A stretch of DNA of 63,994 nt, counting the filler. It is 11 parts of 11 records of this genome, joined end to end, with 100 filler letters (N's around TTAATTAATTAA, not from the genome) between each part and the next. Parts side by side here need not be neighbours in the genome. Positions count along the whole stretch, not along the records: positions 1 to 3,910 come from SRR7504441_7039; positions 4,011 to 7,287 come from SRR7504441_7040; positions 7,388 to 10,901 come from SRR7504441_7041; 8 more parts are not named here. One strand, 5' to 3'. How positions within the stretch are numbered: the first letter of the stretch is position 1; every line of letters begins with the position of its first letter. The position numbers and the translations under genes were made by a program. Positions 1-11,001 of the stretch are shown here, piece after piece. The notes beneath the pieces are model-generated. The model was not told where the DNA came from. It searched no databases and saw only the letters and a list, made by a program, of their open reading frames with translations.

Positions 1-257
1 TCGCCAAGATGGAGCAGGGCTCGCCCAAGGCCAGCAGCCCTAGCAGTCCGAAGTTGTCCAAGGCACGGAGCCCTTCTCCGACCAAGAAGCCGGCCGCCAG
101 CCTGGAGGAGGAGGAGGAGGCCTTCGCGTCCCGTGTGGCGCTGCTGGATAACGCCTCGCCAACCTCGCCTGCGCTTGCCAAGAAGAAGCGGGCAGACAAG
201 GTGCGAGAGCTCGATGAGAACAAGTTTGATAAATACGTGGACCAGGCCGGCTACTAG
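1..257 (+). CDS. 3' end of a hypothetical Ser/Pro/Lys-rich protein (5'-partial)
   Basis: GC-rich codon-like frame running from the window edge to TAG at 255-257, followed by an AT-rich spacer. Confidence 0.55.
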   Translation, partial: AKMEQGSPKASSPSSPKLSKARSPSPTKKPAASLEEEEEAFASRVALLDNASPTSPALAKKKRADKVRELDENKFDKYVDQAGY

Positions 258-309
258 GGTTATAGCCGATATTTATAAATGCCAGTATAATGCTATGGTC
301 CATCGCGAT

Positions 310-2130
310 TTATTCCGCCATGATAGTCGCTATCTCCGATTGTGTCTGCTTCAGCTTTTGAAACACGGCATATTTCTTTTCGTGGTATCGACGTATCTCC
401 GGATCGGCCGTTGGCTCTAACACCGCCCCTACGCTGGTCATCGCAGCCATCGCGCCTTCTACACCTCCCGGGTGTATGCCTGCTGCTGCCGCCGCCAGCA
501 CCGCTGTCCCTAGCAGCACAGCCTCCGGCTCGCTAGGCAGCGCCACACTCAGCCCGAGTGCATCCGCGTGCGACCGGAGGTACAGTTTGTTCTTGGCCAG
601 CCCGCCGCAAGCCACCAGCTGCTGCACAGCGGGCTCGCGCCCCGCCGCCGCTACTGCCTCTACGATCTGCCGACTCGAGTGTGCCAGCGCCTGGCACCCG
701 GCCAGGTAACTGACAGCCAGGTCGTCCAGCGCCAGCTCAAGCCACTCGCCGCTGGCCAGTGGAGGGAGCATCCCCAGCCCAAGCTCGCATCCGCGCCGGG
801 TCGGATCGGCCAGCGGGCTCCGATTGCCAGCCCAGTCAGGGTCGATGTGCCTGTCTGCAGCCAACGGGGCGAGCCGGGCGAGCACAGCGTCTGTTGGCTC
901 CTGGTCGGCGGGTCCTAGCTCGGCCGAGTCGATCAGCCCACGGGCGGCGGCCAGCCTGGCCAGCCGAGCATGCAGCAGCTCGCAAGCAGGACGATCGCCG
1001 GCCTGTGCCCTGAGGGCATGCCCTGCAGCGTGCCGGTCTATCAGGCAGTCGAGCATGCTGCCGGCTGCCGACTGGCCGCCCTCGGTCAAGAACTGGCCGG
1101 GCAGCATGGCCGAGTAGTAGGGGCCCCACACACCAGGGACAAACTGTGGCTGGGCGCTCGAGATCATATGGCAGCATGACGTCCCGGCCACCAGCACGCA
1201 CCGCTCCTTTTGACACTGTCGGCGGAACCTCCTCTCCCCGGCCGCCCCCACTGCCGGGTCCGCAGGCTGGACGGCCCCGATGCAGCCTATTCCGCCTGCG
1301 TGCGCGTCGATGGCACCAATAGCCACTGTAATTCCATCCAGCGGTAGTCCGAGCTCCTCAGCCGCCTCCGGTGCCAGCACTGCGGCCGCGGCCCCGGGCG
1401 GGACGGCGGCGTGGCCTATGACCGCGTCGGGGAGCTCATCCTCGAAGCCGAGCGAGTCGAGGCAAGCTCGGTTCCAGCCTCTTTCGGGGCCAGTGGCCTG
1501 ATACCCCCACTTACACACCACTGTGCAGAGCGATCGAGGCACTGGCTGGACGGCGCCTCCCGGGAGCGATCCAGTCGCCTTGGCCACGAGCCAGTCGGCT
1601 AAGTCATAGGCGGCCCCGCCCTGATGCAGCTTCCGCCAGCTGTCGGGAGCGTGCCGCTTGAGCCAGAGCAGCTTTGGGATCTGCATCTCCGGCGAGACTT
1701 TGCCGCCCACCGTCTCCAGGCTGGCCCGCACAGACTCGGCCCGGCTGCCGTTGATCTCCTCGGCCTCGCCGGCCGCCCGTGCGCATCTCCACACCACCAC
1801 ATCTCGGCCTGTCCCAGGCTCTCGACTGACGGCCAGGCCCTGCCCGTCAGCGCCAGAGAGTACCAGCGAGCAGGTGGCGTCGAACGCCAGCCCGCCTACC
1901 CGCTCAGCCGTCCCAGTGGGCGCGGCCTCGGCGGCAGCGCGGACGGCCCGGCAGACGGCCGGCCAGATGTCGTCGGTCCGCTGCTCCGAATGGCCGGGCT
2001 CCGGGGTCCACTCGCCGATCGGGTGCGAGCCCTCCCCAAGCAGCCGGCCGTCCGCTTCGAATAGGCCACACCGCGCCGAGCCGGTCCCCACGTCTACCGC
2101 ACAAGTCACGGTGGCGTCCTTCAGCGGCAT
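310..2130 (-). CDS. FGGY-family carbohydrate (pentulose/ribulo-) kinase
   Basis: Motifs AVDVGTGSARC, FDATCSLV, SPEMQIPKLLWLK, CTVVCKW, IDAHAGG, GVWGPY, EGGQSAAG, GNRSPLADP, CGGLAKN. Likely ATG at 2130; a possible in-frame intron lies near 1207-1251. Confidence 0.92.
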   Translation of the reverse strand: MPLKDATVTCAVDVGTGSARCGLFEADGRLLGEGSHPIGEWTPEPGHSEQRTDDIWPAVCRAVRAAAEAAPTGTAERVGGLAFDATCSLVLSGADGQGLAVSREPGTGRDVVVWRCARAAGEAEEINGSRAESVRASLETVGGKVSPEMQIPKLLWLKRHAPDSWRKLHQGGAAYDLADWLVAKATGSLPGGAVQPVPRSLCTVVCKWGYQATGPERGWNRACLDSLGFEDELPDAVIGHAAVPPGAAAAVLAPEAAEELGLPLDGITVAIGAIDAHAGGIGCIGAVQPADPAVGAAGERRFRRQCQKERCVLVAGTSCCHMISSAQPQFVPGVWGPYYSAMLPGQFLTEGGQSAAGSMLDCLIDRHAAGHALRAQAGDRPACELLHARLARLAAARGLIDSAELGPADQEPTDAVLARLAPLAADRHIDPDWAGNRSPLADPTRRGCELGLGMLPPLASGEWLELALDDLAVSYLAGCQALAHSSRQIVEAVAAAGREPAVQQLVACGGLAKNKLYLRSHADALGLSVALPSEPEAVLLGTAVLAAAAAGIHPGGVEGAMAAMTSVGAVLEPTADPEIRRYHEKKYAVFQKLKQTQSEIATIMAE

Positions 2131-2217
2131 CGTTGTGGGGTCACGAACACAACCACACCACCCACCACACCCCGGAGGACGACAGCTCAACTTCCGTTAC
2201 GAACCGACGAGTGTAGC

Positions 2218-3354
2218 ATGGCACACCGCTGGCTCCTGTTGATCACTTGTTGTGGAGCGATGGCTGGATGCGGAGCGTTGCGGGTCGAGCACTCGGGCGG
2301 CGGGCTGACCAGCGTCGTGATGCGGGATCTGATCGACAAGCTGCCCCCGGCTCCCAAGCCCGCCGGGCCGATCCATAATGCCACTCGACTGGTGCGAACC
2401 GTCCAGCTGCGCGGGAACTACCTGGCGGATGTGCCGATCGTGCTGCCGTCCTACACCCGTCTGGTGCTGGATGGCACCATGCGGGCCACCCTGGCCCTCG
2501 GAACAAACGCCACCAAGATGCCGCAGGATGCGCTGTGCACCGCAATGGTGCTGGCAAGCGGGGAAATGATCGGGGTGGAAGGCGGGAGCTTCTCGTGCAC
2601 CGGCTGGACCTCTGCGGCCTCCGGTACCAACACCTCGGCCGTCACCGCCATCTGGTATTATAACGTGCTCGCCGGTTGGATCCGCGGCACCACGGTCAAA
2701 GACTGCGGGATGGGCGCCCCGGCAGGGCCCCGGCCGGGGTATGTGAGCGGGAACATCCGGGTGCAGGGCGGCTGGGGCAACTCTGTGCAGAAGGTCGACT
2801 CGTGTTGCTCGTCAAATCGCGGGCTGTGGGCTCAGACCCAAAAGCTGATGGTCTGGGATGGGCATTGGTGGAACAATTCCGCTGACGGGATCGACTTCGA
2901 CTCGGGCACCTCCAAGTCGGTGGCTTATAACAATCTGTGCGAGAACAACAATCGGCACGGGGTGTTCCTCGAGGAGGGCGCGAGCTTCAATGTGATCGTG
3001 AACAACACGTTGATCAACAACAGCGGCGCGGGCGTCTCAGAGGGATCCGCAGCGGCCGGGCCAACCACTGACAATGTTGTGCTGGCAAATGTACTCGGAC
3101 CGGACTGCAACACCGCGCCACCAACTGGCGAGAGCTCAGGCTGCTACGGGCAGCCGCTGGATGTTGGTGGAGGCAGTTATGAGCGGCGTACGAACGACTT
3201 TCTGGCTGTTGGGAATACGATGGGAGGGCAGGGCACGGGCACACATGGCTCAATCTATCGCGGGGTCTTCAATTTGAACCAAGGGTTTGGCGGGTTCGCT
3301 GAAGAGAGGGCGAGCGCCAATGCAAGTATCTATTTCTACAACCCGGATGTATGA
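2218..3354 (+). CDS. Secreted right-handed beta-helix (pectin lyase-like fold) protein
   Basis: Signal-peptide-like N-terminus and parallel beta-helix repeats (NNSADGIDFD, NNLCENNNRHGVFLE, NNTLINNSGAGV). Intronless. Confidence 0.75.
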   Translation: MAHRWLLLITCCGAMAGCGALRVEHSGGGLTSVVMRDLIDKLPPAPKPAGPIHNATRLVRTVQLRGNYLADVPIVLPSYTRLVLDGTMRATLALGTNATKMPQDALCTAMVLASGEMIGVEGGSFSCTGWTSAASGTNTSAVTAIWYYNVLAGWIRGTTVKDCGMGAPAGPRPGYVSGNIRVQGGWGNSVQKVDSCCSSNRGLWAQTQKLMVWDGHWWNNSADGIDFDSGTSKSVAYNNLCENNNRHGVFLEEGASFNVIVNNTLINNSGAGVSEGSAAAGPTTDNVVLANVLGPDCNTAPPTGESSGCYGQPLDVGGGSYERRTNDFLAVGNTMGGQGTGTHGSIYRGVFNLNQGFGGFAEERASANASIYFYNPDV

Positions 3355-3648
3355 GCGTTATATTATTGGCGGCTTCTGCCGGCTCAATTCATCGTGACGA
3401 GCCTAGTCGTCGCAAAGCCGGAACAGCACGAACTGATCATCGTGATCATGAACTATAATTGAACAGAATTGAATCGAATTGATAAAATCACAACTCACGA
3501 AATCATTGATAATGTAATTGATGTTGTAACCGGTACCGCAGACTACCACCACCCCCCGCCCCCCGCGTGTGCATTGAGGCTAGGTCTCCCGCGTCGACCC
3601 GCGTCTCCCGGCAGAGTTGCGAGAAGGCCGTTACAGCCCGCCGCGGAA

Positions 3649-3910
3649 ATGCCGAGCATCGTTGTCTTCCTTGCTTTCAGTTTGGCTGTCGCGTCGGCGG
3701 AGCCTGGTCTGACCAGCAGCTCGCACCTGGACCTGCAGCACATTGACTTCTCCGCCGGGGGCCCGATGCGGCTCCAGCTACTCAACGGAACTCAGAGCTC
3801 CGGAGCCGTCTGCCTCGACGGCACCCCCGGTGCTTACCCGCTGGGCCGGCGCGACTGAGATGGCTGTTAGCCGGATTCTATTTCTCGCCGGCCACCGACC
3901 CGGCCCACGC
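3649..3910 (+). CDS. Pectin acetylesterase/Notum-family protein (3'-truncated by contig end)
   Basis: Signal peptide. Splicing the GT-AG intron 3830-3870 gives GAVCLDGTPAGFYFSP, the family N-terminal signature. Confidence 0.75.
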
Positions 3911-4010
3911 NNNNNNNNNNNNNNNNNNNNNNNNNNNNNNNNNNNNNNNNNNNNTTAATTAATTAANNNNNNNNNNNNNNNNNNNNNNNNNNNNNNNNNN
4001 NNNNNNNNNN
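3911..4010. other. Artificial contig-joining linker (N-run + TTAATTAATTAA + N-run)
   Basis: Identical 100-nt linkers with stops in all six frames, also at 7288-7387, 10902-11001, 17318-17417, 30271-30370, 38170-38269, 47198-47297, 50407-50506, 53648-53747 and 59154-59253. Genes are cut at these points. Confidence 0.98.
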
Positions 4011-4062
4011 GGCCCCGACTTTCTAATAAATGTACTTGTAGGGCTGTGTGAGCCTTAGGGCG

Positions 4063-5643
4063 TCATTCAGGCGTTATTGGGTCCAGGAATCGGCCTGCAT
4101 ACTTGCGAGTCCACCAGAGGCCGTGTGCAAGCTCCGCTGTGTCTGGACGGTCCCTCCACAGCCGCCCGTCGGTCCTATTGGCGCCGGGTGGGGCCATCCA
4201 GTATTGATACGCCTCGGCCTGGATCCTGGCGGGCGGGCTGCCCGGCCCAAACTCTTGTGCCTGCTCCATCGCAGCCCAGGCAGCTCGATTTCCGTTGGCC
4301 AGCTTTTGGACCAGCGTGTCGAACCAGGTTCGGTCGGCCCCGAGAGCCAGGAACCAGCTCTGCCAGGCCAGCCTCCGGTGGAACGGGGCGGTCTGGCAGG
4401 GCGGCCGGTCGATGCTCCCCACCTTACACGGGATGTCCAGCTCGATCCAGCGGCCGGTCCGAGCCGACTGGGCCCAGAGCACCACCTCGTACCTCTCACT
4501 GGTTATGGATGCAAACCTGCCGCTGCTGTACAGGTTGCCCACACCGGCGGCCTGCCCGGCCTGCCACGCGCTCGGGCTCCACAGCCAGTTCCGGGCCAGG
4601 CAGCTGTGCAGCTCGGCACCGTCGGCCAGCCAGCACAGCCCTGGGACCGAGCTGATCACCGCGAGCCCGAGCACCAGCCCAGCGGCCGCCTCGCGCAATG
4701 CGTTGGCTGCAGCCGAGCTGGCCGGCCGGGCGCGGACGAGCGGGCTGGCCCATCGGAGGTACCGGTCGTCGACCAGGCAGAGGCAAGGGAGCGCGGTGAG
4801 CCAGTTGAGCAGCGCGTAGTTGCCGGTGGCTGCGATCCCGAGCATCAGACAGGCGGGCAGCCCCGCAGCGAGCAGCCTCACGCGGCCGGCAAGAATCTCG
4901 AGCCAGTGGGCCATCCGACTGGAGAAGCTTTGGACTAGCCAGCTGGCCGGGAGGAGCAGCAGGTCGGCTAGGAGCAGCCAGGGCGCGTTGAGCTCTATCA
5001 GGTCTATCGCCAGCCACTGCATCCAGCCGTGTGCCCACCCAGGCAGCTGGTGCGCCCACCAGCTCAGCCGGTTGGGCATCGGCATGGTCTCAAAGTGGCT
5101 CCCGAAGCAGCTGTACTCAGTCCAGCACGGGTCGGCTTTCATCTTGAGCCGGCCGGCCGCTAGCATCACCCGGAACAGCAGCAGTTGGACCGGCCATCGC
5201 TGTAATGTCTGTCCGAGCCCAGACTCTGCAGGCCAGCAGCAGCACAGCCCCATCAGCACCACCGTCTCGCGCAGCTGCGACTCCCAGGCGAACTTGTACC
5301 ACGGACCGCCCACCGCCGCCACAGACTGGTAAAGCCAGCCAGCCAGCAGCACCGCCGGTGGGTTGTGGAGCCGGCCGAGCAGCATGGCCAGCCCGATCGC
5401 GGCCCCGGCCAGGTTGGGCAGCCCGATCTGCCCGGAGTGGCCCACCCCCGGGGTGAGCCCCTCCGGCCCGATCAGCAGCTCGGCCTCGGCCTGGTTGGCC
5501 GTGAAGGCGCAGAGCAGCAGCCCGCCCAGCCCCCGGAGCGCGAGCGCCGGCCCGAGCACGCACCGCTCCCGCGCCGGGCACGAACCGCGCAGCAGCAGCA
5601 GCCCGCAGCAGACCGCCCACCCGAGCGCACCCCACAGCCACAT
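4063..5643 (-). CDS. Lipase maturation factor (LMF1/LMF2 family) ER membrane protein
   Basis: Motifs LIGPEGLTP, WYKFAWESQLRE, LLFRVMLAAGRLK, HFETMPMPNRLSWWAH, ATGNYALLNWLT, APFHRRLAWQSWF. Confidence 0.9.
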   Translation of the reverse strand: MWLWGALGWAVCCGLLLLRGSCPARERCVLGPALALRGLGGLLLCAFTANQAEAELLIGPEGLTPGVGHSGQIGLPNLAGAAIGLAMLLGRLHNPPAVLLAGWLYQSVAAVGGPWYKFAWESQLRETVVLMGLCCCWPAESGLGQTLQRWPVQLLLFRVMLAAGRLKMKADPCWTEYSCFGSHFETMPMPNRLSWWAHQLPGWAHGWMQWLAIDLIELNAPWLLLADLLLLPASWLVQSFSSRMAHWLEILAGRVRLLAAGLPACLMLGIAATGNYALLNWLTALPCLCLVDDRYLRWASPLVRARPASSAAANALREAAAGLVLGLAVISSVPGLCWLADGAELHSCLARNWLWSPSAWQAGQAAGVGNLYSSGRFASITSERYEVVLWAQSARTGRWIELDIPCKVGSIDRPPCQTAPFHRRLAWQSWFLALGADRTWFDTLVQKLANGNRAAWAAMEQAQEFGPGSPPARIQAEAYQYWMAPPGANRTDGRLWRDRPDTAELAHGLWWTRKYAGRFLDPITPE

Positions 5644-5714
5644 GGCTCCCCAGCAGCCCGATTGAATAACGGACTTTGAATAACGGACTCTACCGGCCGG
5701 TCGTGTGGCGCATC

Positions 5715-7287
5715 ATGAACGTGCCGGCTGGGCTGGCGGTGGGGGCGGTGCTGCTGCTCGGGCTGGCGTACCTGGGGGAGCAGCACAACCGGCCGCGGAG
5801 CGGGATCGAACTGGCCGGGCAGGACCACTTCGAGGTGCTCGGGGCCTCGCGCCAGGCCACCGACCGGGAGCTCAAGAAGAAGTTCAGGCAGCTGGCGCTC
5901 AAGTGGCACCCGGACAAGAACCCGGACTGCCCAGACTGCGAGCGGCGGATGGCCTCGATCAGCAAGGCCTACGAGGTGCTCTCCGACCCGATCAAGCGCG
6001 CCGCGTTCGAGAACGACCGGCAGCAGTTCGCCCCGATCGATTCGGAGACCGAGGAGCTGGACGAGCAGCGCTGGGCCGAGGAGGTGCTCGGGTCGGACCA
6101 GCCCTGGCTGATCCAGATATACGCCGACTGGAGCCACGCCAGTGCGCTATTCCGGCCGAGCTGGGAGCGGGCCGCCCGGAGCTTCGACGGGGCCGTCCGG
6201 ATGGGCAGAGTCAACTTCGCCCGGCACCGGATCTTCGCCGACAATCTGATGCGCGGCCAGCTCGGGCTGCCGTTCGTGCTCGCCTTCTTCCGCAACCGGA
6301 CCGCCGAGCGGGCGCCCGGGGCTTGGATGAGTGGGCAGGCTGCCAGGGCCGAGCTGGCGGAGCTGATGCTCGAGGCGCTCGGAGAGGCCAAGCTGCGCCC
6401 GCCGGCCGAGCTGCCGGGCTGCCGGCCGGGCCGTGTGAAGCTGACCCTGCTGGCGGGCGAGCGGTCGCTGGCTCGGTTCTACCTGTCAGCAATCCGGCCG
6501 GAGCTCGAGATGGACTGCCACCTGCACTGGGCGCCACCTGAGGCCGGCAAGCCGGACTGGCGGGGCAAGAACAACAAGCCCACAATCCTGGTCGAGCAGC
6601 CGTGCGAGGCCGGCGGCCAGCTCTCGCTCCAGCGGGATCAGCTGGCCAGCGCCGCTGCTATCCGGCAGACCGTCCACAAGCTCTGCCAGCCTGCCGGCCG
6701 GTTCCCAGCAAGCCTGTCGGCCGCCAGCGCCCGGTGCGCCCCCAACCGAGTCGGCTGAGCTGGGGGCAGCCGGCTCTGCTCCGGGCTCTGCCTGGCGAGT
6801 GCCGAGCTGCAGCTGCTGCAACCGGCCCGAGCACACCCCGTGCTGCACATCCGGGCTGACGAGCATCCTCGGCTGGCCGCGCTGCCCGGGCTGCTCGCCA
6901 TCCGAGCCGGTGCCCACTCAACCGGGCCGGCGCCAGTGCGGGCAGGCGAGGCCGGGCTGTCTGTGGCTCTCAAGCCGGCGGGCGTGGTGGGTGCGGGCTG
7001 GGTGCGGCTGAGGTTGGGCAGTCGATCGAGGATTGGCTCGAGCTGGCCAACTTTGATTGGAAGCCGGTCCAGATCGAGCCCAGGCTGCTCGACCAGCCCG
7101 GATGGGCCGACCGGGCCTGGCTGGCTGGCTCCAGGTGGGCCAGATCGCCTGCGGTGCTGGTGCCGGCCATTCTGGTCGGGCTGCTGCTGCTGCTCTGGGC
7201 TGGGCTCCGGCTCCGGGCCGGACTGGGTGGCCAGCGGAGCGTGGGCGGCTTCCCAGTGGGGCTGGTCAAGAACATCCTGCTCCACTG
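5715..7287 (+). CDS. ER DnaJ-domain + thioredoxin-like protein (DNAJC16/ERdj-like), 3'-truncated
   Basis: Signal/TM segment, J-domain with HPD (WHPDKN), and a Trx-like fold (PWLIQIYADWSHAS, no CxxC). The GT-AG intron 6734-6769 removes the TGA at 6756 and joins ORF 6840. Confidence 0.8.
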
Positions 7288-7387
7288 NNNNNNNNNNNNN
7301 NNNNNNNNNNNNNNNNNNNNNNNNNNNNNNNTTAATTAATTAANNNNNNNNNNNNNNNNNNNNNNNNNNNNNNNNNNNNNNNNNNNN

Positions 7388-7641
7388 GCCAGGCAGAGCG
7401 CGGCCTGGTGCTCCGGGCCATCCAGGTACCCGGCGACCCGCAGTTGGAGCTCGCTTGGAAGACACTCAAAGCCCGGCAAATCGGGGCACTTGTCGGGGGC
7501 GGCGGAGGCGACATCCATGTGCGGCTTCTTGGCGGCGCGCGGCGTCTTGGCGGCGTGCGGCGTCTTGGAGGCGTGCGGCGTCTTGATGGCAGTCGGCGAT
7601 CCGCCCTTGCCCCCTTCCCCGAACGCGCGCGCCCTCTTCAT
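7388..7641 (-). CDS. F-box-like protein, N-terminal fragment, with KTPxAA repeats
   Basis: FECLPSELQLRVAGYLD F-box start, preceded by 18-nt coding repeats (KTPHAS/KTPHAA/KTPRAA). Cut by a linker. Confidence 0.55.
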
Positions 7642-7723
7642 CGACTGCAATTTCCCGGCTGGCTTGAATCTGCGGTCGTTTCCTATCTAATTCGGGAATA
7701 ATAAAATCGGCTCGAGGCGGGGG

Positions 7724-8317
7724 ATGCCGCCGGGGGTGGTGCCCAAGAAGTTCTTCCCGGCCACGGGCAACCCGCACGACAGCCCGTGGAACCAGAAGGT
7801 CTCCTGGCAAGGCACCATCACCAAAGAGCGCGGGCTGCGCAAGGAGTGGAACCGGAAGCACGAGATTGGTCAGTCTCGCCCGCCGCACGGGGAGCCCAAC
7901 GGCCGGGCAGGCGCGGACAAGGCCAAGGTGCTGCACTCGGCAAACTTCCTGCGCCACAAGGGTCGGCAGCCCCCTCCCCACCGCCGGCCCAGCCGGGCGG
8001 CGCAGGGGCCTCGCGGGACTCGCTCAGGGCACTGCAGACCGTTCCGTTGCCGTTCTCCAAGGCCGCCGCCAGCGTGCTGGGCGGCCCGAACGACTTTGCG
8101 CTGGCACAGCGGGCGCACCAGAACGAGCAGCTCGAGGGGTTGCTCCGCGAGAATGCCAACCTTAGAAGCGAACTGCGCGAGCTGCAGCACGTGCTGATGA
8201 AGACGCACCAACGGTGGAGCCTGCTCCTTAGGTGTGGGCTGAGCGGCAGGGCGCAGGCTTCAGCAGCTCGAGGTGCTTAAGGCGCAGCAAGCGAAGACAC
8301 AATCAGCCCACATCTAG
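7724..8317 (+). CDS. Hypothetical small coiled-coil protein (4 exons)
   Basis: GT-AG introns 7869-7910, 7962-8005 and 8214-8256 give a continuous frame ending at TAG 8315-8317. Confidence 0.6.
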
Positions 8318-8463
8318 ATCAGAATAGACTAAATACATTAAATTCATTCAATGACCAACATTGTTGCTTTTGAAGAGATACTCGTACAATGTAGTAACGG
8401 CATGTACTCGTACCGATGATATGATTGTTATCACCAGCCACGCGCCACCTGTGTCGCCGCCTC

Positions 8464-9519
8464 TCACAGCTTGCTATCCACAGCGGCCACGTTCACGCAC
8501 ACCTTGCCCGTGTGCCCGCCCCTGTCCAGTGCCTCGAACGCCTGTTGAACTTGCTCAAACTGCCATGTCGAGTCGACCACCGGCCGAATCCGGTGCGCGT
8601 CAAAGAAGTCGAGCATCCGCTCAAAGTCGGCCCGCGACCCGGCCGACACCCCGTGCACGTGCAGCCGGCCCTGGAACAGTCGGAACAAGTTGAGCTCAGC
8701 TTTCATGCCACCAAGCACCCCGACCAGTGCGATTGAGCCGGTGTTGCGGACGGCCTTGATCGACTCGTTCAGGTTGTTCCCACCCACAACGTCCACCAGG
8801 TGGTGCACTCCCGGGTTGATTCCGTTAGGGTCCGCGGCCATCTTCTTCGCGACCTTCCCCCAGCTTGGTGTTTCCTTACAGTTGATCCCTCCAAGCCACG
8901 CCGACCCAGCCAGCGCCTTAGCCCGGGCCAGTTTCTCCTCGAAGATCTCGGCCACAATCACCCGGCACCCAAACGCCACCGCCAGCTGCAGCACAAACAG
9001 CGACACGCCGCCGGTGCCCTGAACCAGCACCGTCTGGCCCGGCTGCAGCCCGCACTCGACCACTAGCGCCCGCCAGGCCGTCACCGCCGCGCACGGCAGG
9101 CAGGCCGCCTCGGCGTCGGTCAGGTAGCCCGGCAGCCGGACTACGGCCTCCTCGGAGCAGACCATCCGCTCGCGCAGCACGCCGTCCGCGCTCGGCTGCC
9201 CGAGCGCCGTGCGCACATACCCGGCGGGGTCGGGCTCGCCGTCGATCCAGCTCGGCGCGAAGATCGGGCACACCCGGTCGCCCACCGCCACCCGGCTCAC
9301 CCCGGGGCCTACGGCGATCACCCGGGCGCAGGCGTCGCTGCCGGGTATGTACCGCTTCCGGGCGTGCTTGGCCTCAGCCAGGTCGCGCCAGACTAGCGAG
9401 ACCACCGAGACCTGGATCAGCACCTCGTGCGGCCCCGGCGGCTCCGGCTCCGGCGCGCTCCGCACCACGACCGCCTCGAGGCCCTTGCCCAGCTCCGGGT
9501 CCACCATCGTGCATCGCAT
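8464..9519 (-). CDS. Medium-chain dehydrogenase/reductase (zinc-binding ADH/quinone reductase-like, MDR7 type) with PTS1
   Basis: IPGSDACARV, AACLPCAAVTAWRAL, VLVQGTGGVSLF, GSRADFERM, IRPVVD, GHTGKV; ends in -SKL. Intronless; start at 9519 or 9507. Confidence 0.9.
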   Translation of the reverse strand: MRCTMVDPELGKGLEAVVVRSAPEPEPPGPHEVLIQVSVVSLVWRDLAEAKHARKRYIPGSDACARVIAVGPGVSRVAVGDRVCPIFAPSWIDGEPDPAGYVRTALGQPSADGVLRERMVCSEEAVVRLPGYLTDAEAACLPCAAVTAWRALVVECGLQPGQTVLVQGTGGVSLFVLQLAVAFGCRVIVAEIFEEKLARAKALAGSAWLGGINCKETPSWGKVAKKMAADPNGINPGVHHLVDVVGGNNLNESIKAVRNTGSIALVGVLGGMKAELNLFRLFQGRLHVHGVSAGSRADFERMLDFFDAHRIRPVVDSTWQFEQVQQAFEALDRGGHTGKVCVNVAAVDSKL

Positions 9520-9533
9520 TGTTGTGGCTCGCA

Positions 9534-10855
9534 ATGGGAAGCTGGGACGTGGAGGCGGCGCTGCAGGGTGTGCCCGACGACCAGCGCCCGGCCGGTCCGC
9601 CCGCCCCGTCCTGGCCGAGCAGCTGAGAGCGTGCTGCCAGTCTGGGCCGAGGTGGCCGGGGTGGACCGGCGTCGTGCCGAGCACCCGAGCCAGTACGCGC
9701 GGCTGCTGGATGCGCACCTGCACTCGCCTGCCGAGTGGGCCCGCGACATCGAGCGGGTGCCCACCGCCGGCCGGCCAGCCCGAACTGGCCGGGCAGGACG
9801 CCCCTCGAGTAGCCTTCGTCGGGCAGCCGGCCCCGGTACCCGTGGAGGGGCTGGTGCGCGTCCTGACCGCCTTCTGCGGCTGGCATTGCTCCGTCAGCTA
9901 CGTGCCCCTGCTTTCCTGGCCAGCCGGCCAGCGGTGGGGCAGTGCCAGCCGTTGGGGTTTATCGCCGGGTTCCTGCTGATGCATCTCGGCGAGGAGGGTG
10001 GGTTCCATGGGCTAGTCCAGCTGCACACCCGGCACTGCAAAGAGTACTGGGCCGCCGGGATGCTCGGCTGGAAGGGTGTCCCCCGGCCCCGGGGCGCGGC
10101 CCGAGCCCGGGGCAGTGGACGAGCAGATCCTGGCCGATTGGCTGTCGGCCCACCTGCCCAAGACAATGAGGCACATGATCTCTCTAGGGCTGCAGCCTGC
10201 AATGGTTCTGCCCGGCTGGCTCCAGTCGCTCTGGCTCAACCACTTGCCTTACCCGCTGGCCGAGCGGATATGGGACCTTATGCTCGCCTCCGGAGTGCAC
10301 ATGTGCCACTCTGTCGCGATTGCACTGATCAAGGACCGCGAGAGGAGGCTGCTGCACACCAGCTCGGCCAGTGCGATCTTCCAGCTCCTTGCAGAGCAAC
10401 CGGACCCTGGTCCCCCACCCGCCCACCCGGGCTGACTGGCTGGACCAGGCCGGTTCGAGTCTCTGCTCCGCGAGGCAGTTGCACTAGAGCCGCAGTTGGC
10501 CAACCATTATGCAGAGCACAGGTCTCGGCTCCGGAGCGGGGTGCTCGAGCAGATCAGCACCATACACTACAAGCACTACAAGTCCCGTCTAGTGGTGCAC
10601 CCGCCGCCCGCCCCGGCTGGCCCGCCCGGCTGGGGCTCGGCCAAACTTCACGCGTCGCCGCCGCCGACGCCTGCAGGCAAGACGGCGCCTGCGACAATGA
10701 GTGCAGCCCGGAGCGGGGCGCAGGTGGAGGTGGTGCGGCGAGACGAGCACGTGCAGCGAAGGGCGCTGAGGTCGATAACGGACGAGCTGGGCATGGATGC
10801 CGAGCAAGGGCTCGCGGATTTGCTTCGAAAGGTGTGTTTAAGAGAGGGAGCGTAG
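9534..10855 (+). CDS. TBC-domain Rab GTPase-activating protein (6 exons)
   Basis: After splicing short GT-AG introns: RPAVWAEVAG...DIERDAPR...RVLTAF...SYCQPLGFIAGFLL...WLQSLW...LPYPLAERIWD. Confidence 0.85.
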
Positions 10856-11001
10856 GGTGAGAGTGGCCTGACAGGGGGGCGAGGCGGGGGTCGGGGGGGG
10901 GNNNNNNNNNNNNNNNNNNNNNNNNNNNNNNNNNNNNNNNNNNNNTTAATTAATTAANNNNNNNNNNNNNNNNNNNNNNNNNNNNNNNNNNNNNNNNNNN
11001 N

